The position numbers and the translations under genes are program-made. From contig CAXHJY010000761.1 of NCBI GenBank assembly GCA_964016885.1, positions 1-39,958 of the forward strand: DNA of 39,958 nucleotides, given 5' to 3'. The notes beneath the pieces are model-generated. The model saw nothing but the letters and a program-made list of their open reading frames with translations. It was not told the origin of the DNA and did not search any database. This DNA is from Eledone cirrhosa. Its lineage: Eukaryota. This document shows, one piece after another, positions 17,943 through 26,734 of this stretch. Position 1 is the first letter of the stretch. Each line of letters opens with the position of its first letter.

Positions 17943-18329
17943 ATGGCTTCGAATTACAGACGTTTTCTGGCTTTATGTAAAAATTGGCCCATAGACAGCA
18001 CAAAAGCAGCACATAAAGACCTAGCCGTTTTCATACGCGAGAAAGTAGCCGAAGCCTTTAAATATGGTGACGCTACACGAATCGTGGAGCCTACAAAATG
18101 TGAGAATATCTACGAGAGTCTTCACAAAATATCTGTAGACTACCACCTGAATAAATATCAATTGGATAACCCTTATATTACGGCTTCCTGCAAGGCCACT
18201 CGAGATGAGTGCAAAGCCGTATTGTCCGTTGAAGGTACCGAAATTATCTCAAAACACGATGCCACTATATTCACCACATTAAAATTGAATTTCGAAACGC
18301 AGAAATCAAAGGAGCCTGTGAAACCCTAG
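17943..18329 (+). CDS. UQCC2: Ubiquinol-cytochrome c reductase complex assembly factor 2 (128 aa, single coding exon)
   Basis: MASNYRRFLALCKNWPIDSTK..DLAVFIREKVAEAFKYG..CENIYESL aligns by eye with the conserved UQCC2/MNF1 N-terminus (YRRFL.LC..WP.D..K..DL..R..VA.AF..G..C...YESL); length is typical. Confidence 0.92.
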   Translation: MASNYRRFLALCKNWPIDSTKAAHKDLAVFIREKVAEAFKYGDATRIVEPTKCENIYESLHKISVDYHLNKYQLDNPYITASCKATRDECKAVLSVEGTEIISKHDATIFTTLKLNFETQKSKEPVKP

Positions 18330-18419
18330 TATTTATTTATTTATATAAGAGACGACAGCTTATGACTTCGGTAAGTATAAATACATACATATATATCCAG
18401 TGAATTTCCAACCGATAAG

Positions 18420-18555
18420 GTATGATTTTCATGGGTATGTCTCTATTTATAAAACAAACTTTGTATTTTATCTGATGCGTCTTGGTTACCCTTGAAATAT
18501 ATATAATAAAATAAATATATGTTTATAAATATAGTTTCCATTTATTTAATATCAT
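18420..18555 (+). mobile_element. Penelope-like pLTR remnant with an inactivated hammerhead, downstream of UQCC2
   Basis: TATTTTAT-CTGATGC-..-GAAA-TATATA-TA-ATAAAATA (18464-18513). Flanks match the reverse complement of about 21165-21330. Confidence 0.65.
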
Positions 18556-18652
18556 TGTATATATATATATTTTCCTGGTGATTTCCTTCGAATGAAACAG
18601 TTTTAGTCCTGTAGAAGCTATTTCTATATTAAATTTGTTATATATATATATA

Positions 18653-19047
18653 CCAGCACTACCACTTTGCAGAGTTGCCTGGGTGCATTTTATTGTGGCC
18701 CCAGCACTACCACTTTACAGTGTGCTGGGTGCATTTTATTAAGGCCCCCAGCACTGCAACTTTACAGAGTGTGCTGGGTGCATTTTATTTAGGCCCCCAG
18801 CACTACTACTTTACAGAGTGTGCTGGGTGCATTTTATTTTGGCTCCAGCACTTCTACTTTACCGAGTGGTCTGGGTGCATTTTATTGTGGCCCCAGCACT
18901 ACCATTTTACAGAGTAGGCTGGGTGCATTTTATTGTGACTCCAGCACTTCTACTTTACAGAGTGGCCTGGGTGCATTTTATTGTGGCCCCAGCACTACCA
19001 TTTTACAGAGTAGGCTGGGTGCATTTTATTGTGGCCCCAGCACTACA
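18653..19047. repeat. ~48-bp minisatellite, about 8 units, derived from an RTE 5'-UTR motif
   Basis: Unit CCAGCACTACCACTTTACAGAGT..CTGGGTGCATTTTATTGTGGCC; the reverse complement resembles 27115-27168. Confidence 0.9.
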
Positions 19048-19303
19048 TTTTTTTACATTAAGGCACTCATGTCTTCAGCTAAGCTTGGGAGGTGGGTAGG
19101 CTACATGTTGCTTGCTGAGGGGTTGAGAAGAAGCAGTGGCCTTAAAGAGTGATGTCTGGTGCTACATAGTGAGGTGCACCTGCCATGATTGGACAATAAG
19201 CTGGTAATTTAGGGATGTGAGTTGGAGGCAGAGTGTTGGAATGTACATTCTGGTGAAGAGGCATTTGTCTTGTCTTTCCCATAAATATTTTTTCCATACC
19301 TAA

Positions 19304-19512
19304 TTACCCCTTTACCATTTACATTACTCTATACTATTATATTTTCATGGTAAAGGCTTTATCTCACATAATATCGAATCTACAAGATTTTGATATTATT
19401 TATTTTGAGAACAATACCTTAACGTCGGTATGAGGGGCTGGTTATGACTGGTTTGAACAGGAAGTGAGAGAATTCTGGCTGGATACAGCTGGTTTAAATG
19501 CTAAAGGGTTAA
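19304..19512. mobile_element. piggyBac-like MITE, copy A
   Basis: TTA(C)-CCCTTTA ... CTAAAGGG-TTAA ends; internal sequence shared with the 23583 and 24840 copies. Confidence 0.8.
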
Positions 19513-19549
19513 CAGGTTCAAATCTGTTTTGCAAATTTTTATTTATCTA

Positions 19550-19818
19550 TCATCATCATCATCATCATCACCGTTTTACGTCCGTTCTTCCACGTTAGCA
19601 TGGGTTAGACTGGTTGTCCTGTTGTGGGCAGTGTCCAGTCGGCTGACCTTGTCTTGCTCATACGGGAACTGATTCTGGCTTGATTTCTACTGCTGGATGC
19701 CCTTCCTAACACCAACCTCATTTACAGTGAATTTTTTTCCGTGGTGCCTACACGTCCACTTTACAGTGTGGGCTGGGTGCGTTTTTGCCGTGGCACCTCC
19801 ACAACCACTTTGCAGTGG
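19550..19818 (-). mobile_element. Short non-autonomous RTE derivative (5'-UTR motif + 3' end + (GAT)n)
   Basis: Minus strand has GTTGGTGTTAGGAAGGGCATCCAGC (cf. 27164-27185), followed by ..CGGACGTAAAAC..(GAT)n (cf. 2118-2147). Confidence 0.75.
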
Positions 19819-19840
19819 AATGATATGGACCCCAGTCCTA

Positions 19841-19988
19841 TCAACTCATTTCTACAGCTGAGTAAACTGGAGCAATGTGAAATAAAGTGTCTTGCTCAAG
19901 GAAACAACACATCACCCGGTCCGTGAATTGAACTCACAACCTTTCGATTGCAAGCCCAATGCTATAACCACTAAGCCATGCGCCTTCA
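19841..19988 (-). mobile_element. tRNA-head/CORE-like SINE, partial
   Basis: Reverse complement matches 30411-30540 (GAGTTC.ATTC..CTTGAGCAA.ACACTT.ATTTCAC.TTGCTCCAGT..ACTCAGCTGTA.AAATGAGT). Confidence 0.75.
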
Positions 19989-20035
19989 TATATATATTTT
20001 TTTTTTCTTTACCTTTCAGAACAATTAACTTGCTG

Positions 20036-20377
20036 TGAGAAATCTGTCCTTGCAAGAGATGACAACTATGGCATTAATATGTATATTGATAACACCCTGA
20101 GATACAGCAGTCCTTGGATTAACAGGTTTTGAGATATATGTGCTTACAAGAGATACCAAGCACTGTATATATGTCTACATTGATAACACCCTGGGGAACA
20201 GAAATCCTTGGATTAACAGGTTTTGAGATATATGTGCTTACAAGAGATACTAAGCACTATATATGTTTACCTTGATAACACCCTGATGTATGAGAATTCC
20301 TGAAATAACGGCTTTTGAGAAATATGTCCTTGCAAGGGCTACCGACCAATACATTTGAATGTATATTGCTAACAGGT
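20036..20377. repeat. 92-94-bp tandem repeat, about 3.6 units
   Basis: TTGATAACACCCTG recurs at 20086, 20180 and 20272, and in degenerate form at 20366. Confidence 0.85.
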
Positions 20378-20646
20378 TCTTACATAATGGTTGTTAACAT
20401 CTTACAACACAGATACAAACATGGAAAGTCACTGAAGTGAAAATCTTAACTTAAACCTTGCGTCTCAAGTCTTGTGTGTGTGTGTTTGTTTTAATATTTA
20501 TTGGTTTTGTTTAAATCAAACACTTAGATCTCTCTCTCTCTCTCTCTCACACATACACAAACTACCCCACTATATTTCAAATATATACAATATATCCCAC
20601 AATATACAATGCTCCACATCACAATATACAATACACCACATAATAT

Positions 20647-20912
20647 ACTGGAGCAACGTGAAATGAAGTGTTTTAATCAAGAACACAACCCAGCCTAGCA
20701 ATCGAGCCCACAACATTATGATCCCCTTACCACTGGAGCAACATGAAATGAAGTGTTTTAATCAAGAACACAACCCAGCCTAGCAATCGAGCCCACGACA
20801 TTATGATCCCCTTACCACTGGAGCAACATGAAATGAAGTGTTTTACTTAAGAATGCAATACAACACAACCCAGCCCAGGAATCGAACTCATGACATTATG
20901 ATCGTAAGTCCA
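20647..20912 (-). repeat. Tandem triplication (85-bp unit) of a SINE fragment
   Basis: ACTGGAGCAAC.TGAAATGAAGTGTTTTA starts at 20647, 20732 and 20817; homologous to the 30411 SINE. Confidence 0.8.
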
Positions 20913-21073
20913 ACAATACACACCCCACACAACAAATATTGTTAGCAATGCAGACTCTAGGATTCCAGGATTTTTATAATGTATCATATTATGTATCATA
21001 TAATGTTTCGATTGTAAGATGTTTATTTTATAAATAAAATATTGAAGTTTATATATATATATATATATATATG

Positions 21074-21330
21074 TAAAGTTATATTTAAAAATTGTTGGGT
21101 TACAACTAGTAAATATTTATAACTGATATAAAAGCACTCGACAAATATTTGGAGTATATTTACAATATTAAATAAATGGAAAACTATATTTATAAAACCA
21201 TATCTATTTCACTATATATATTTCGGGGATATCATATTAACAATATGCTATGCCTTCATCAGACAAAATACAATATAAACAGTTTTATAGATAAATATAT
21301 TCGACATACCGTAATAAACATCGACTTCAT
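21074..21330 (-). mobile_element. Penelope-like pLTR remnant
   Basis: Carries the hammerhead at 21205-21270 and shares flanks with the 18.4-kb and 14.9-kb remnants. Confidence 0.65.
21205..21270 (-). ncRNA. Minimal type-I hammerhead ribozyme
   Basis: Minus strand: TATTTTGT-CTGATGA-AGGCATAGCATATT-GTT-AATATGATATCCCC-GAAA-TATATA-TA-GTGAAATA. 8-bp stem I (3 G-U), hairpin stem II closed by an A-C, palindromic stem III, AUA site (21213/21212). Confidence 0.75.
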
Positions 21331-21462
21331 TTGAAGAGGTTTACGCTAGCAGTGAAAATTTTATACAGAGAGAAAAAAAAGAGAGAAAAAAGAAAGAAAG
21401 ACAAAACGAAGAAAAGGAAGAAAAAGAAGAAAAAGAAAAAGAATATTAAAAAGAATTTTAAT

Positions 21463-21502
<40 letters not shown>

Positions 21503-21588
21503 TGTGTTATTCAATTCATTTGGAATGAAGAAAAGAATGGTTGAGAAGACAATTTAGCTTTGTCTTAGATAATCTCTTTGCTACTGGT

Positions 21589-22200
21589 ATCATCATCATC
21601 ATCATCATCTCCACATCTACTTTCTACGCTGGCATGGGTTGGACAAAGTGACCTCATCTCGTTCGTATTTTCCATATTTAGCATGGTTCATCTGGCTGGG
21701 TACACCTCCTAACACCAACCACTTTACAGAGGTGCATTTTTTTTTTTTTTTTTGTGACACCATCACTACTACTTTACAGAGTGGACTGGGTGTGTTTTAT
21801 TGTGGCCCCGTCACTACCACTTTACAGAGTGGATTGGGTGTGTTTTATTGTGGCACCGTCACTACCACTTTACAGAGTGGACTGGGTGTGTTTTATTGTG
21901 GCACCGTCACTACCACTTTACAGAGTGGACTGGGTGTGTTTTATTGTGGCACCGTCACTACCACTTTACAGAGTGGATTGGGTGTGTTTTATTGTGGCAC
22001 CGTCACTACCACTTTACAGAGTGGACTGGGTGTGTTTTATTGTGGAACTATCACTACCACTTTACAGAGAGGACTGGGTGTGTTTTATTGTGGCATCAGT
22101 GCTACCACTTTACAGAGTGGACTGGGTGTGTTTTATTGTGGCATCAGTGCTACCACTTTACAGAGTGGACTGGGTGTGTTTTATCATGACACCAGCACTA
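21589..22200 (-). mobile_element. Non-autonomous RTE derivative whose 5' motif is expanded into 9 x 48-bp tandem units (21764-22198)
   Basis: (CAT)n tail at 21589-21608, degenerate RTE 3' end, CCTAACACCAACCACTTTACAGAG, then the 48-bp array. Confidence 0.75.
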
Positions 22201-23027
22201 AAGAGCACATGACCTTACAATAATGAGCGAACTGCCCTAACCGCTGAACCACATGCCCTCACAACACTATATGGTATATATGATTTTTAAAAATAAAATA
22301 AAATGAAATAAAATAAATCAATAACATTTAGTAAGAAAAATAAAACGAGAGAAGACGTGGACACTCGACATTCTACGAAAGGAAATGGCATTATTGTGAG
22401 TGATAGCGAGGCTAAGGCACTAAGAACAGCCAAGTGCCCTTGCCAGGAGCATAACCTGCTACATCAGAAAAGCTAGGTGATCGCGTGGGTAAGGCACTGG
22501 AATAGCCGAGCATAACCTGCTAAGGCACAGGAATAACTAAGTATTTTCATCAGAAGTAAACTCTAACATACCTAGAGTAATGAGTAGCATACCCGTAGAA
22601 TACTCTTTATTTTTATCGCATTTTTTTTTCGTATTTGTTTCTTCTGCAGATCATATTATATAAATTGTGCTTTATATATGTACATTAAAACAAAAATTTG
22701 ATTTCTAAAAAAAAAAAAAAAATTTCAGCTTTTTGCACTTGGCGTCCATCTTTGATCTGACAACACGCCATGAGTCAGGTTCAACACAAGTGGATTTTAT
22801 CGCAGGGAGACTGAAAGGTTCTCAGACGGCTCAGGTTATACCAGTGAGCCGTGGATTTAAATATGTGTATATATAATCTAGGAAACTAAACTTTATCTAT
22901 CATTAACGGATTTATAATGTACAGAAATGGATATAAATTTACAAAGGATTCGGAAAGTTTGAACGTCGTGTTTGATAAACATAAAAAAGTAAGCGATTGC
23001 TTTTGTTTTAAAAAATATGTATTTTTA

Positions 23028-23136
23028 TTTCAAATATTTAACTTTAAAACATTTCTATATATTTTTCTTTCAAATATTTAACTTTTAAACATTTCCATGT
23101 ACTTTTCTTTCAAATATTTAACTTTTAAACATTTCT
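23028..23136. repeat. 40-bp AT-rich tandem repeat, about 3 units
   Basis: TTTCAAATATTTAACTTT.AAACATTTC repeated at 40-bp spacing. Confidence 0.8.
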
Positions 23137-23582
23137 GAGTTATGTTGGGGGTGTAAATAACATTACAAATTGTTGATAATTCTGACAAAATGAAAATATA
23201 AACACAACTATAAACATATAATAAATACAATTAATTATTACTAGCAACTTTACAGGAATAATGTACACAAATATATTATCAAAGTAAGAGAGAAACAAAA
23301 CAAAACAGGCAGAAACAATCATTAATTCACCATTAAGTGTGACAATCGACTGCTCACCATAACAAGGGTCAATCGATCGATCTGAGTTGACAGATCTCAA
23401 TCAACTTTTTAAAAAACCTCCAAGTCATTGAGCCTCACCAAGTTTTTTTTATACTTAGGAATTACTTATTCAATCAATCAATATTTATTATTTCAAATGA
23501 AATAATAGAACACAGAAATATGTCCCCATAAACCTTAGAATAATGTCAAAATGACAGAGAGGCATATTGAGAAATAAAGTAT

Positions 23583-23756
23583 TTAACCCTTTAGTATTTA
23601 CATTACTCTATATTTACTATTATATTTTCAAGGTATAGGATTTATCTCACATGATGTCGAATCTATGAGATTTTGATATTATTTAATTTGAGAACCATAC
23701 CTTAACATCAATATTCTGGCTGGAGACGGTCAGTTTAAATGGTTTAAAAGGGTTAA
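23583..23756. mobile_element. piggyBac-like MITE, copy B (internally deleted)
   Basis: TTAA-CCCTTTAG ... AAAGGG-TTAA. Confidence 0.8.
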
Positions 23757-24269
23757 AACCAGACAATCGTCAAAAAGACATGGATAATGTTACAGACATC
23801 TGGTATGAAGTTATGGAATTGTTCACAATTGTATAAATAATATTACAAATAAAAGAAAGAAAAAAAACAGACATTTTGGACAAGATGCATTAAAGGGAAA
23901 GTGAAAGGGGTGGACAAATAAACGACTGCCAGAACAAAAGATGGCGATATCGCGAGGAGCACTGGAAAACCTCTAATAATTTGTTGTTTAATAATTACTT
24001 GTCGATTCTTAAGTTGTATTTCTTCAAACTTGGTCCCTTTTACAGATTATAATCGTCTCTCCAACACTTTGACGATCGATTTAATCTTGTGATCTCGAAT
24101 GTTTGGTCAATATCAGATGCTCTTCAGAGTGCCACGACCAAACTGCCTTCACCAGACGGTTTGGAGGTCTTGGTCTGCGTAAATGATCGACTCTGATTCT
24201 ACCTTTGCTTTCTTTCCTCCATCTACACTTGTTCTTCTTTAATGAGAGACATCCTCTCCTTTCCAACAT

Positions 24270-24640
24270 GGACTAGTTTCCAGCAGGGAGATGGATGAAG
24301 CTTTACTACAGTGGAGAGAACTGGGTTTGTCAGTTTCTAATACTAATTAGGGTAGACGGGAGCAGAACGTATGGGACAATCTGCCTTCGAGTGATACCTT
24401 CAAGTCTCTGATCAATCTGATCAGTTTTTAAGGTGTTGCTTACTTTCTGCAAGCGCAAAATTCTCGGGAGACTGGGTTGATGCTATGTCTGGCCAACATT
24501 GGTGGTCTTTTCTGTCTGGACGAGCTCAACATCTCCATTGCACTCCGTACGGGAGCAGATGTCTGTGAGGGTCTAAAATGTTGCTGGGGTTGGCCACTCA
24601 ACTCAAAGATTTCCGTTGACCCTTGTGATGTGATTGACAT
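24270..24640 (+). mobile_element. Degenerate CRE-like non-LTR fragment (post-RT region)
   Basis: Translates as GDWVDAM/ANIG..LDELNISIALRTGADVCEGLKC, resembling the W..ALP..G..L.I...LRLG...C pre-zinc-knuckle region of restriction-like-endonuclease LINEs. Confidence 0.5.
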
Positions 24641-24649
24641 ACTCTAAAA

Positions 24650-24837
24650 CAGGCATGTCAAACTGAGGGTACCCCGATTGCCACATGGGTCACATATGTG
24701 TTGTCTGAGGGCCACACACGACAACTAATTGCGCACATTACAACATATTTTACGAAGATAAAACATGCTCACCCTGTAAAAACCTTTGTGCGTAACCGCA
24801 GGTGTGCTTGTAAAGGGCCACATATTTGACATGCCTA
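24650..24837. mobile_element. hAT-like MITE
   Basis: TIRs CAGGCATGTCAAA/TTTGACATGCCTA. 8-bp TSD CTCTAAAA on the left; the right copy is split by the next element. Confidence 0.8.
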
Positions 24838-24839
24838 CT

Positions 24840-25044
24840 CTAACCCTTTAGTATTCACATTACTCTATATATACTATTATATTTTCATGGTAAAGGCTTT
24901 ATCTCACATAATATCGAATCTATGAGATTTTGAAAGTATTTATTTTGAAAACAATACCTTAACATCAGTATGAGTGACCAGTTACGGCCAGTTTCAACAG
25001 AAAGAGGTAGAGAATTTTGGCCGGTTTGAACACTAAAAGGTTAA
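24840..25044. mobile_element. piggyBac-like MITE, copy C
   Basis: CTAA-CCCTTTAG ... CTAAAAGG-TTAA; internal homology to copies A and B. Confidence 0.8.
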
Positions 25045-25968
25045 AACAATTGTTTTTGTTTCTAATAATGATTTCTTAATGATGATTTGTTTCTAATAAT
25101 CAATAGTGTTTTTATCTGATCATCGTATGACCGATTGACGAACGTAGTGTCGATTTGATTGTATATATTTTGTATATTATATTTATAAGGTTCCGAGCAA
25201 TAATTAATTGATTATATATATCTATTTTTATCTGATATAAATATGAATCAGATTAACTAAAATAAACAAACAATTGTGTACCATCGTTTAATATGGTCGT
25301 TTAGAAATCTTATCGCCATAACTATTTTAGTATCACAAACACCCACCTGACTTTATTTTACCATAACTTATTTAATAATGAATATCTTTTAATTATATTT
25401 TGTACAGAATGTTTCCCAAAGTATAGATTACAATTATGTATGTAAATCTATACTGACAAGACTACAGTGTCTTTCAGAAATGTTCTTAATAATGCATAAA
25501 TGTTATTAAAATTTCGCAAACATACGTTTTTTTGTTTTTCATATTTCTGATATTAATTATAAAATGATATAATTATGTTGAAGAATTTAAAACAAAAAAA
25601 ACAAAATGAATTTTATTTTTTTTAAATAATTTTTTAATTTTATATGGTTCCGTTCGTTGATGTTTTTCATTTATTGAATTCTTTGCAGTAAATTAAACGT
25701 GAGTTTTCAAATATGTTACCCACACCTTCCAATGTTATGTTGTCAATCAGGATAATGTCACTGGGGTTCTTTAAAATATTTTGTCTTGGAACCCTTTTAA
25801 CCAAAATGTCCACGGAATCCACACCTATATTTTATTTCACAGAATTCTGGAGTACCTCTTAAACCTGGGTGTGTGATTTGGCTGCTGTTTCTAGCAAGTT
25901 TAGTGACCACATAGGGTTTCCCTGGTTCTTTACCGTAAGCTTGTATGTATGTATGTATGTATGTATGT

Positions 25969-26523
25969 ATGGTCGGGTCGTTGGCGACTAAACTGGCAAC
26001 CCCACCAAGGTTTCTTGGTGAGGAGGGTGACTTTGGACATCCTGCAGGACTAAAAACAAAACCTGTCAAAGAGCAAAGGACCTCTTAAGAATCAATGGCC
26101 ATCCAAAATCACCGGGAGAGATGACCCCTTAGCCTTTGTCAAGGCAGAATTCTAGGAGAAGGAAAACTCTGATATAACATCTGCAACCCTGATGGTATCC
26201 AATGATGTTGACTTGTTCTTCTTTTTGGTAAATATCATCTTGGTTAAGAGAGTGGGACTGGCTTTGTGCAGTGCCTTTGCTCACTATAAAAGCTTCACGG
26301 CACAGGCATTGCTTTATATCTGGAGATCTCTCTGCACTTGTCGTCACATGGTACCATGGGCCCTGCACTATGTGTCAATAATTGTCACAAGTGTAGTGTT
26401 TGTACCAGAGTTTTCAAGTCGCTGGCTGGACTAAAAAGTCACACTCGTTCAGCGCATCGGTAGGGGTTCTCCTACATGGATATAAAGTAGTGGTCGTACT
26501 CGAAAACGAGTTGGCAGCCACCA
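25969..26523 (+). mobile_element. Non-autonomous bipartite RTE derivative, copy 2
   Basis: About a dozen differences from copy 1 by eye. 26392-26463 encodes [23 protein letters not shown] (C2H2); (TATG)n on both flanks. Confidence 0.8.
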
Positions 26524-26591
26524 TATGTATGTATGCATATATATGTGTGTGTGTGTATTACTATATATGCATGAGTGTATTACTATATACG

Positions 26592-26625
<34 letters not shown>

Positions 26626-26734
26626 CACATATACATATATATATATATACACATATACATATATATATATATACACATATATATATATATATTCATATAC
26701 ATACACACATATATATATTCATATACATATTTCC

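Noticed and set aside
18653-22200. 48-bp arrays as CRISPR or as repeat-protein ORFs
   Set aside because: Head-to-tail units without unique spacers, eukaryotic context, open in all three frames, and traceable to an RTE UTR.
23937-23950. YY1-like AAGATGGCG start context
   Set aside because: The ORF stops after 11 codons and there is no supporting exon structure.
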